Notes: generated by a model from the letters alone, not told the origin. A stretch of 34,974 nucleotides of DNA from Thraustochytrium aureum (GCA_012862495.1 BLSG01000120.1:43984-78957); one strand, 5' to 3'. Shown: positions 24,655 to 34,841, counted from the stretch's first letter. Made by a program: numbers and translations.

Positions 24655-25913
24655 TTACAACTTGGCGCCGGCCGTGGGCCTGGCGTGGATGTCGATGATG
24701 AGGCGGCCCTTGTTGCCGCCGTCCTCGCCGAAGAGCTTGAGCAGGGCCCTCGGGGCGTTTTCGAGGCCCGGAATGACGTGCTCGGCGTACTTGATCTTGC
24801 CCTTCTCGAGCCAGGACGCAATGTCGGCGTAGGCCTTTTCGTATTGGTCGGCGTAGTTGAGAAGGATAAAGCCTTCCATGCGCGACGACGTGCTGATAAG
24901 GTTGAGGTACGACGCGGGCCCCGGGGGTAGCGAGGTTGCGTTGTAGCCCGAGATGGCCCCGCAGCTGAGCGCGGAGATGGTCAGCTGCTGCGCAATCCAG
25001 TAGGTCGGACGAGCAAGCAGCCCCGAGGTCTGGCGCGAGCAATGCCACAGCCCAAAACGGGGCGCAGCGCAGCAAGAAGCGAGCAAACACACACGCAAGG
25101 CAGCCAGGCAAGCAGGCGCCGAAGAGCAAGCCGGAAACGCACAGCACAACGCGCGCCTTAAAGTTGATGTGCTTGAGAACGCTGTCCAAGATCCAGCCGC
25201 CGACGTTGTCAAAGTAGACGTCGACGCCGGCAGGGCACGCAGCGCGGAGGTCCTTGCGGAATGCGCGCCCGTCCTCCTTTTTGTAGTCGATCGCCGCGTC
25301 GACGCCGAGCTCTTCAACGAGCCAGGCGCACTTTTCTGCGCCGCCGGCGATCCCGACGACCCGGCAGCCCAGCACGTGCTTGGCGATCTGGCAAACCACC
25401 GAGCCCGTGGCGCCGGCAGCCGCGCTCACCAGCACGGTGTCGCCTTTCTTGGGGCGGCCAACGTCGAGCAAGCCAGAGTATGCAGTGAGACCTGTCCCGC
25501 CGAGGACGCCGAGGTGGACGCGCGGCGAGAACCCGGGGATGGGGCGCAATCTTGCGCAGCGCGGAAGCTTCCGCGATCCCGAACTCGCACCAGCCGAGCT
25601 CGATGCCGCAATTCACCAAGTCGCCTGGGGCCAACTGCGGCGCTTTGGAGGCCAGGACAGTCCCGATCGACGACCCGCGCATGACCGCGCCGAGCGCGAC
25701 CGGCGGTAAGTAGCTTTTCTGGTCGCGCATCCACCCTCGCATCGCGGGGTCCAGGCTCAGAAACTCGTTCCTGACGAGCACCTGCCCAACGGCGAGGTCT
25801 GCCGGGGTTGGCTTTGGCGCCCGCTCGTCCAGCACGAGGTCCTTGCCAGGGACGGGCTTCGCCTCGGGCCGCCTCGCGAGCCGCACGACGCGCATGGAGC
25901 TCGCCTCGTCCAT
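24655..25913 (-). CDS. NADP-dependent oxidoreductase, MDR superfamily (prostaglandin reductase / CurA-YfmJ-like); one intron and a frameshift at 25541-25544
   Basis: Motifs VRLARRP, QVLVRNEFLSLDPAMRGWM...SYLPPV.LGAVMRG, LGVLGGTGLTAYSGL, VLVSAAAGATGSVVCQIAK, GVDVYFDNVGG and, after splicing, RVVLCGAISGYN...RMEGFIL...GLENAPRALLKLF...NKGRL. Confidence 0.93.
24965..25142 (-). other. Spliceosomal GT-AG intron (178 nt) in the oxidoreductase
   Basis: Minus strand: ...gtt gtg ct|GTGCGT...GCTGACcatctccgcgctCAG|c tgc ggg gcc atc. Removal restores the conserved RVVLCGAISGYN. There is a branch-point-like GCTGAC just upstream of the AG. Confidence 0.9.
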
Positions 25914-26201
25914 CTTTGGTTGGGCGGCCGGCTCGGCGCTGCGAGCTCGAGCAGGGACGCANNNNNNNNNNNNNNNNNNNNNNNNNNNNNNNNNNNNNNN
26001 NNNNNNNNNNNNNNNNNNNNNNNNNNNNNNNNNNNNNNNNNNNNNNNNNNNNNNNNNNNNNNNNNNNNNNNNNNNNNNNNNNNNNNNNNNNNNNNNNNNN
26101 NNNNNNNNNNNNNNNNNNNNNNNNNNNNNNNNNNNNNNNNNNNNNNNNNNNNNNNNNNNNNNNNNNNNNNNNNNNNNNNNNNNNNNNNNNNNNNNNNNNN
26201 N

Positions 26202-27645
26202 GCTGCCTGCCAGTGTGCCTGACCGTCAGGCGTGGTCGCGGCGACAGACGCGGGTTCGGGGCGGAGGTTGCCCCACCGAGCCGTCGTTGGCGTGCTTGGC
26301 AGGATGGCTCTGGTTGGCGAGGCGGGCGCCTGCTGACCCGAGCGGGTCCGACGTGCTGTATGGCAGCGCGTTGGGCGTCAAGGCCGTCGGTCTTCGCCGG
26401 CCAGCCGGGCCCTGGTGGAGGCCGAGCACCGAGGCGGTGACGACGTTCAAGAGCGTTGTGGGGAGCGGGTTTTTCGCGCTGCCTTTCGCCTTTCAGCAAG
26501 CGGGCCTGGCGGGCGGCCTGGTCGTCGTCGCGGTGGTCTACTTGTTCACGGTGTGGACCACAAAGCAGCTCGTTTACTCGGCAGCGACGTACAAGCGCGA
26601 GCGGCCGGGGCTGGCTGCTGACGCCGAAGTGGGCTTTGTCGAGCTGAGCGACGCCGCGTTCGGGACGGCCCGGGCCACGTATGTGGTCTCGCTGACCCTC
26701 TTTGCCAGCCAGTTCATCGCGGTCTGCACGTACCTCGTGTTCGTCGAGTCCACGCTCACGCCGGTGCTCTCGGAGCTCGTATACGGCTCGGTAGTGCCGC
26801 CCTCGCCAGCGCTTCGCCGCTCTCTGCTGGCGGCGTGCGTGTGCGTCGAGCTCGCATTCGCGCTGGCCCCCACGCCGGCCTTCATGTCGCGCCTCTCGAC
26901 GGCGGGGAACGCCGCGTTCTTGGCGAGCATTGTCTTTATGGTTGGGCAGGGAATCGCGTATTCTCCGCCGGACTTTGTAGCCAACACGCGCGCGTTCGAG
27001 TCTGTCAAGGGCGTCTACTTGTGCTTTGGGGTGGCGAGCTTCACCCTCTCTGCGCACGCCGAGTGCTTGTCGATCTACTCGACTGCGCCGCCGGAGGGCC
27101 AGCCCGGCTACGATCGGGTCGTGGAGCGCGTTACGGCGCTCGCGACGGCAGCGTATGTCCTGATCGCGGTGTTCGGGTATGCGTGCTTTGGTCCGTTGAC
27201 ACAGCAGAGCATTTTCGTAAACTACACAGCCCGCGAGGGCCCGATGGGCGACCTGCTGCAACTGGCCGTCTGCTGCATGATCCTCTGCAACTACCCGCTT
27301 ACCCTCTACCCGGTGCACCAAATGGTGGAGCGGACGCTGGCCCTAGGCGAGGTCCCGCGGCGCCTTTCGCTCAACCAGGTCGCGAGCCGCTCCTTCTTCA
27401 TCGTGCTCTCTGGCGTTGTCGCTTTGGGCGCCGGGACCCGATTCGGAGATATTTCCACCATTGGGGGCGCATTCATCGGTCTTGTCGCCTACGTGCTTCC
27501 GCCAGCGATCTATGTAATGTTGCACGGGGGATGGGGCGCCTTGCCCGCGTCGGAGCGCTTGATCAACATCGTGGTGGTCCTCTTCGGCTGCTTTGGTAGT
27601 CTGCAGTCTCTCGCGCAGGGGATTGAGGCTCTCGCCGAGCCTTAG
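26202..27645 (+). CDS. Amino acid/auxin permease (AAAP, Aa_trans; SLC36/AVT3-like) transporter; 5' end uncertain (in or near gap 25962-26201)
   Basis: TTFKSVVGSGFFALPFAFQQAGLAGG, LSDAAFG, FGVASFTLSAH, FGYACFGPLTQQSIFVN, YPLTLYPV and YVLPPAIY, with about 11 hydrophobic segments. The stop is at 27643-27645. Confidence 0.88.
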
Positions 27646-28877
27646 CGGCTGGGTGAGGGGAGGGTAGCAAGTGCGTTGTGCGTTGAAAGGAGCGGCCGTC
27701 GAGTACCTCCGAGCAGCAAGCGCTTGGAAGGAAAACTCAATCGAAGGGAGCCAAGGAGAACAAGAGCATAAAGACAGCACATACAAAGACAGAGAAATGC
27801 CTGGCCACTCGTCCGATCGTAGGCTCCTCTCTCTATCCTCACTCTACAACACCGCACTCTGCCCGGTGCCTTCCTGCACAGGAGGGCGTAAGGTCGCAGA
27901 TTGGCTTCAGCGCACGGGCTCCCATCCCGCCGCTCAAACAAACTGCGGCTGCAATTGCTGNNNNNNNNNNNNNNNNNNNNNNNNNNNNNNNNNNNNNNNN
28001 NNNNNNNNNNNNNNNNNNNNNNNNNNNNNNNNNNNNNNNNNNNNNNNNNNNNNNNNNNNNNNNNNNNNNNNNNNNNNNNNNNNNNNNNNNNNNNNNNNNN
28101 NNNNNNNNNNNNNNNNNNNNNNNNNNNNNNNNNNNNNNNNNNNNNNNNNNNNNNNNNNNNNNNNNNNNNNNNNNNNNNNNNNNNNNNNNNNNNNNNNNNN
28201 NNNNNNNNNNNNNNNNNNNNNNNNNNNNNNNNNNNNNNNNNNNNNNNNNNNNNNNNNNNNNNNNNNNNNNNNNNNNNNNNNNNNNNNNNNNNNNNNNNNN
28301 NNNNNNNNNNNNNNNNNNNNNNNNNNNNNNNNNNNNNNNNNNNNNNNNNNNNNNNNNNNNNNNNNNNNNNNNNNNNNNNNNNNNNNNNNNNNNNNNNNNN
28401 NNNNNNNNNNNNNNNNNNNNNNNNNNNNNNNNNNNNNNNNNNNNNNNNNNNNNNNNNNNNNNNNNNNNNNNNNNNNNNNNNNNNNNNNNNNNNNNNNNNN
28501 NNNNNNNNNNNNNNNNNNNNNNNNNNNNNNNNNNNNNNNNNNNNNNNNNNNNNNNNNNNNNNNNNNNNNNNNNNNNNNNNNNNNNNNNNNNNNNNNNNNN
28601 NNNNNNNNNNNNNNNNNNNCAGCACGATGGGGGTCTGCGTGCCCTCGCGCTCCAGCCCCGCCGCCGATCACTCGGGGACCCTCCGTGACGACACCTTGGC
28701 CGCCCGCGTGCGGTCGCGCGCCGCCCGAGGGCCTGCGCCAGGTCGCGTAGGAGAGAGCGAAGCGGGAGAATGTGGGGCGGCGGGGCGGGACTACGCGCAT
28801 GGAGGCCGCGAGGCCGTCGGGGGGAACGGACGGGCCCGGGGTTATGGGGAACGCATGGTTTTTTCCCCTGGCGCGAT

Positions 28878-28911
28878 GGGTTAGGGTTGGGGTTAGGTTT
28901 GGTTTGGGTTT
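28878..28911 (+). repeat. Degenerate telomere-like (TTAGGG-related) G/T repeat
   Basis: gggttagggttggggttaggtttggtttgggttt. Confidence 0.5.
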
Positions 28912-29213
28912 CGACTTGCTGTGATGCTGGAGGACTGCATCATGTTCGGGCTCTTCGCGGCGCGCAACGCGGCTGAACTGGCTGGTCCCGCGAAGCCGAG
29001 CATCAGCTGCACGGCACCGAAAGCTCCGCCGCAAGACGCGACGCTCCCGGGCGCCGCAGCCTGGCGATCGCATGTGGCCGGAGTCCTCCGTGCAACGCTC
29101 CAGGAGACCGACCTCCCGCACGAAGCTAGTAGGTTACGTACGCGGAGCGGGCGTTGCTTCTTTGGATCTAGGTGTACATGTCTACCGCCTTGCCCTTGAG
29201 GCAAGCAGCGGCC

Positions 29214-30047
29214 TCACTGCGTGAGCGGCGACTGGATGCTGGGCGCGCCATCCATAAGCGAGTTGCGCTGCCCGCTGCTGCCTGAAAGCATGGCCCGCCC
29301 CAGGCCCTTGAAGATAACCTTGCTGTCAGAGAGCACGATGCCCCGAAGGAGCACAAAATTGAGGCAGTTGATGACAAGCATGCCCAGAAAGGCGATGACA
29401 AACATCCACGGCGCCTGGAAACGGCCGCGGTCGTTGTAGATGTTGTTGAGCAGCCACAGGTGCGGCAAGACGCGCTGGCACGGGAAGCCCAGCAACAGCG
29501 CCGCGAGGTTGACACGGTAGACCAGCGTCTCGCGGCGCACGCCAGCAAGCAGCATGAGCTTGCGGGCGTGCAAAAAGATCGTGTTGGTTTCTGCGATCAG
29601 CGTCGCAGCCAAGTAGCAGGCGTACTTGTCCTTGAATATTGAGGCGCCGTACGCGACGAGGATGACGCCGTGGTGGAACTGCATGTCGACTGTCAGGTGG
29701 CCGCCGCGCTTCATGTCCACGGTGTCCGCAGCAAAGTACCCCGTCGCGAACACGATCAGAGCCCTGCAAAGACCAGATTCGGCCGCCAGCAAGTCGTTCA
29801 GGATGACGCCACCCTCGCTGTAGAGAATGTATACGATCGAGACCGAGGAGAGCCAGATGAAGACGTAGGACACCGTGTAGTTGCGCCACTCGAGCTCCTT
29901 TCCTCTTTTGCGCAGGCCCGCCATCAGGACGGGCGCGACGGCTTCTGTAACTGGCAAGCTGGCACTCTGCAAGCACAAGAACGCCGCCGTGCTCAGCCCG
30001 GCCGTGGCGATCCCGGGCCAGCCGCTCAGTCCAAGCACCCCGCCCAT
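29214..30047 (-). CDS. TLC (TRAM/LAG1/CLN8) domain membrane protein, TLCD1/2-like
   Basis: EWRNYTVS, FATGYFAADTVDM, MQFHHG, LIAETNTIFLHARKL and GMLVINCLNFVLL, with multiple TM segments. ATG at 30047 (MGGVLG). Confidence 0.85.
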   Translation of the reverse strand: MGGVLGLSGWPGIATAGLSTAAFLCLQSASLPVTEAVAPVLMAGLRKRGKELEWRNYTVSYVFIWLSSVSIVYILYSEGGVILNDLLAAESGLCRALIVFATGYFAADTVDMKRGGHLTVDMQFHHGVILVAYGASIFKDKYACYLAATLIAETNTIFLHARKLMLLAGVRRETLVYRVNLAALLLGFPCQRVLPHLWLLNNIYNDRGRFQAPWMFVIAFLGMLVINCLNFVLLRGIVLSDSKVIFKGLGRAMLSGSSGQRNSLMDGAPSIQSPLTQ

Positions 30048-30999
30048 CGCTCCAGCCCCGGCCGCGGTCTGCTCTCGCTCTCGCTCGCTGCGTTCGACCG
30101 CTTGCGCGCTGATACAGTTGAAAGACGCAACGTTCCTTTCCGGTTGGAAAGCGTCAACGCGCAAAGCGCCTCTTGTGCTCCGACCAGCCTCCTGGATGGC
30201 CCCCAGCCCCAAGCGCGCGAATCCCAGCGCTCGCACGCTGCGCAGCGGCACCGAGTCGAGACTGCGAGCTCCGAGGCTGCCTGCGTTTGTTCGTTCGGTG
30301 CGGCTGCGGTTATCAGCGATCGATCGCTGAATTGTGAGATGAGGGCGCAGAGATCAACGAGTCGTACCTCCGCCAGGCTCACACCAACCCGCGTGTGGAC
30401 CTGCCAGTGTTGTTGTCACAGGCTGGCTCGACGCGACCACGAGCGCGCTCGTGGTCGATGCAGTCCGGCACCCACCGCGGTCCCTCAAAGTCGTGTTTAC
30501 AAACCAGAACGACCCAGCTTCATACCGCGGCACAAAGCGATCGCCTGAAAAGTGAAAAGGACTGCGCCGCGTGCTTGTTTGGCGCCAGTGCCCAGACCAG
30601 AAAGGACCGGCCAACAGCCGCACTGTTGCTCGGGCGGGCGCGCCGTGGGCTCCGCGTGATCGACTCACGCTACCGTAGCTCGCCACTTGACACGTCTTGA
30701 CATGTCTTTCTTGATCTTGAAAGAATTCGCGATGCATGTCCAACGGCCCTCTGGCGGTCCGAAAGCTTCGAGTGCGCGCGCTCATCATCACAGCAGCAGC
30801 GCTGCAGACTCGCAGATAGAAGCACAGGGCCATCGCGGTCCCTCGTGAGCTTTGTGCCTCTTGCGAGCCGTGACGAAAGGCTCGGACCCGAGCGCCGCCT
30901 TGGGCCGCCTTGCACCGCCTTGGACCAGCACGACGCGGTCGGTCCACTCGGACGCTCTCCGGAGACCGCTTCGGCACTCGTTGGCGTCGAACGCTGACG

Positions 31000-31879
31000 A
31001 TGAGTCTGTCGCGCGAGACCCAAGCGCTGGTGGCGCGGCTCCAGCAACGCAATTACAATCAGAGCGGCGTGGAGCGGGTGCTCGCGCAGGCGCGGGAAGC
31101 GCGACTGCGGTCGCTTCCAAGGGATCATGCGGAGCGAAACTTGCTCGGGCGCGCGGCAACCGAGGACAACCCTGACAGGAGACCGTGGGGCGCGCGGCCG
31201 ACTGACGAGCTTGAAGATGCCAAGCAAGCCAGAGCGCGAACACAGCGCGTGCGAGCACCGACTGTGAAGCCCAAGGCNNNNNNNNNNNNNNNNNNNNNNN
31301 NNNNNNNNNNNNNNNNNNNNNNNNNNNNNNNNNNNNNNNNNNNNNNNNNNNNNNNNNNNNNNNNNNNNNNNNNNNNNNAGGACGGCGGCACGCCAGCGAG
31401 ATCGTCGCAAAGGCGCAAGCCGAGACGGCGCAAGAGAGAGCTCGAGGTCCCCCGCTGACCCGGGGCTCGCAAGGTCGAAACCAGGAGATGGAGAAGACGA
31501 AGCTGCAGCTCAACTTTCAATTCAGGGGCGGCAAAGCCCTGCCCGAGGCCGGGTTGCCCGGCGCGTCTTGCGGGCAGGTCCCTCTCAGTTTAATAACGCG
31601 GCAGTCGGGGGCGCACCCCCGTGGGCTTGATGAAAACGGGCAGCCCGGGGACGCTCGGCGCGAGGCCCTCAAGCGGCGCGAGCGGCGCGCGCGAATCAAA
31701 GAACTGGAGAGTTCGTTTGACGAGGTGATGCGGCTTATTGAAGGTACCCGCGCGCAGCTTGGCGCTGCGCGGGGCGCCAAGCCGATCGCGGACCTCCGTG
31801 CCGAGCTGGCCTTGCTGCTTGAAGAGTCCAAAACGTAGACCAGCTCATCCAGGCCGAGCAGGCGGACGGGGCGCGCTAG
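31000..31879 (+). CDS. UPF0193 / EVG1 (C22orf23)-like protein; gap 31278-31378 and a probable frameshift at 31830-31833
   Basis: MSLSRETQALV...SLP, RNQEMEKTKLQLNFQFRG and SFDEVMRLIE...RAELALLLEE resemble the three conserved UPF0193 blocks (ETQELL..LP; R.LEKEK.RLQN.F..G; RFEEL..EI.ER...EI...LREME.ID). The stop is at 31838 as read. Adding one A gives ...SKNVDQLIQAEQADGAR* ending at 31879. Confidence 0.6.
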
Positions 31880-32233
31880 GTGTGGCAGCCGCGTGGTGGC
31901 AGGGAAGTCGACGGCCTACGCGCAGATGGCGCACGGAATGCAACTTTCTTGGCCCAGTAACACCAAGGAGGATCGACCCGTAGTAGCCAACCCAGTAACA
32001 ACATGGATGGAGTTTATCCAGAAAAGAAGAAGATAGAACACAACAGATATTGCGCGCACCGCACCAGCGCAAGGTCCCCTGCACCACACAAGTAGCTAGT
32101 AGAGGTTGATGATGAGCAGCTCCCCACGTGAGTACTCCACATAGGCAGGTAGGCCTGTTGGAGAAAGTGAAAAAAACACACCCAATTGTTCCCGCAGCGC
32201 TCAGTCACAGCGCCCCGTTTCCCCGACAGCCCG

Positions 32234-34841
32234 TCAGCGGACCGAGCACCGCTCGATCAAGGCCATCTCGGCAGTGTCAACCGCGGTGCCGTTCAGGTCC
32301 ATGCCAGTCTCAACCCAGTGGCGGCGCAGGTCGGTGAGCGACCAAATGGCTCCACCAAGAGCAACCGGGTCTGCCACGGGATTACCAAGCATGTCGGTCA
32401 GGTCGGCATCTGCGAGACGCGAGCCCTTTCGCAAACGCGACCAGGACGCGAGGTGCTCTTCCGCAAACTCGAGGCGCAGTTGACGCTGCCACTCTGGCCA
32501 GGCGAGGAGCCACTTTTCGAAGGCCTGGTCGGAGATGCCCAGCGCCTCCTTCCTGCACCGCGAGATCTCGCTGTCTGTGACGTTGATGTAGGTGGGAAAG
32601 TTCATGGCGAGCGCCGAGCAAGGCAGGCCAAGCTCCTCGCGAAGCGCAATCTCAAATCGCAGGTACACGCAGACGTCGTCGACAAACTTGAGCGAGGAAA
32701 TCTTCTTCTCGACGTGGCGGTGCACGACGTCGAGACGCATCACGCCGAGACCAAGTTTGCGGAGCTTGGCTCGGTCGCCGCGCGCTCGCGCGGCCTCCAC
32801 CACCACGTTCATCTGGTTGATGGCCCAGATCGGCTTGTCGCTGCAAGCGTCGACAGAGTCGACCATCCGCGTCACGAGCTCGCCGCGCGCAAACTCGTCA
32901 TGGCAAACGAGCTCGATGACCTCGAACACGCGNNNNNNNNNNNNNNNNNNNNNNNNNNNNNNNNNNNNNNNNNNNNNNNNNNNNNNNNNNNNNNNNNNNN
33001 NNNNNNNNNNNNNNNNNNNNNNNNNNNNNNNNNNNNNNNNNNNNNNNNNNNNNNNNNNNNNNNNNNNNNNNNNNNNNNNNNGCCGAGCGAGGCCCTCCTG
33101 CGTCTCTGCGCGCTGAAAGTCCTTGGCGCGGATCAGCTTGTCAGAAACAAGAGCACGCCACGCTCAGACGAGCGGTCCACGGCCGCCGCGAGGTCGTTGG
33201 CGGCAGCGGCCTCCTTGCCGAGTCCGCTCTTGATCGCCCAAAACTCTGTGGCCTCCCCGAGCGTCTCAAACTCGATCTCGCCCTCCCCACGGGGCAGCTG
33301 GCTGTCGTGGCGCACGCGGGACAGGACAAACCGCAGGTTTGCCGGCTGCTCGTCGCGCAGCCACTCGAGCTCGGTCTCCGAGATGCCCGATCCGCCCAAG
33401 TAAATGGTGTGCGGCGGCCCGCCTGCGCGCGCAGCGGGCCACTCGAGGATGCGGGAGCCCAGCGTCCGAAGCGACGTGCACCCTTCCAGGTACAAGTCGC
33501 CGCCAACGAAGAACTCGGTGGACTCGGGCAGCGCGGTGAGCCGCACGCAGCCGGTCAGATTCAGGTACTTGCCGACGGAGAGGTTCGCTGGGAGCGCTAC
33601 CAGCGCCTCGCAGCCTTTGAGCTCAACCGACCCTTTGACCTTGATATGCTCGGGGAGCCGCACGAGAGCGGTGCACCCAAAGCAGTTCAGGCCCTGCCCG
33701 AGCCGCTCCCATTGGCCGATCATCTCGAGCGCGGCGCACCGCCTCGCGCGAGCGTGCCCGTGATCCGCCAGCCGGCCGGAATGTGCGTCAGCGCGGGGCA
33801 GCCGTCCAGCGTGACGTTGCCGCCGCAATTCAGCTTGGGCGGAGCTCGTGCAGCATGGAGCAGTCGCTTGCGAGGAGCGAGCCGCCAACGTGCAACTCGC
33901 CGCCGAGCGACTCGAGCGAGACGCTCCCTCGCACGTCCAGGCTTCCATTGCACTTGAAGCGCGACGGCAGCGCCGTGAGGCGCGGGCATTCGCGCGCAAG
34001 CAGCGACCCGCCGACCTTCAGGTCCTCCCCGAGCGACTCGAGCCGCGCGCAGCCTGTTACGTCGAGGCTTCCATGGCACTGGAATTGCGCAGGGAGCTCT
34101 ACAATCGGGGCCCCGCTGAGGTCGACGTCGCCTTCAAACTCGACCTGCTCGGGGACGTCTCGAGGCCTGCCGCAACCTTTCGAAGCTCACCAGAGGCTCG
34201 GCGATGATAAGGCGCGGGTTCGTGTCCATGTCGCGCACCACAAACCTGCAGTACCGAAGCAAGAGCGAGCCGACCGCGGCGCGCGCGTTGCGCGCAATGC
34301 CGAGCTCGCCGCGGTTCGCGGTCGCCGAGGCCACGCCAGGCCGGAGTTGGCTTCCGCTCGTCCATCGGACGATAATGTCGCGCGCCGCGCGCCGCTCGCT
34401 CGCGGTGGTGTTGCGCAGCTGAAAGGCCTGCGCGCGCAGCCGTGTCGAGGCGTCCCGCTTGACGCGGTTGCGCATCCGGGTCGGGTCGTTGGCCGTCTGC
34501 CGCTTGTTCTCGTCGTACTTTTCGCCGAGCGAGGTCATCATCATCGGGATCTTGCTTGGGGACGGAAGCATCGCTCGGGACGGCATAGTCGAGGGCAGCG
34601 TGGCTGCCAGCGCGCTGCGCGCCTGTCTCGCTTGCGGACCCAGGCGGTTCGATATTGCGGAAGCTGGGTTTACGGCTCGAAGGCCATCCAGCGACAAATT
34701 GGGCGCCCATCTGGCCACCGCGCGAGAGCTCGCACTGCGCCCGAGCCCAGGTCGCGTTGCTTGGCCGGCCGCGGCTGGTTCTTCGTCCGTGGCTTCAGAA
34801 AGCGCGCGGCTCGCGCGAGGCATCGTCTGCTGGCGCTCCAT
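32234..34841 (-). CDS. LRR + NEL (IpaH/SspH-type novel E3 ubiquitin ligase) protein with a C-terminal U-box-like segment; at least 4 frameshifts and one gap
   Basis: Reconstructed from ORFs 34134..34841, 33720..34079, 33133..33999 and 32234..32929 plus manual frames. It has about 12 21-aa LRRs (consensus L.VGG.L.L.GC..L..LP). These are followed by FLTKLIRAKDF...LAR/RVFEVIEL...DACSDKPIWAINQM...LRKLGLGVMRLDVV...SLKFVDDVCVYLRFEIALREELGLP...MNFP...VTDSEI...FEKWLLAWPEWQRQLR, collinear with the NEL domain. Confidence 0.82.

Noticed and set aside
32234..34841. LRR-NEL gene as a pseudogene
   Set aside because: Not called a pseudogene. The same kind of indels hit conserved neighbours, the catalytic motif is intact and the corrected frames have no internal nonsense codons. 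Its higher indel count means it cannot be fully excluded.
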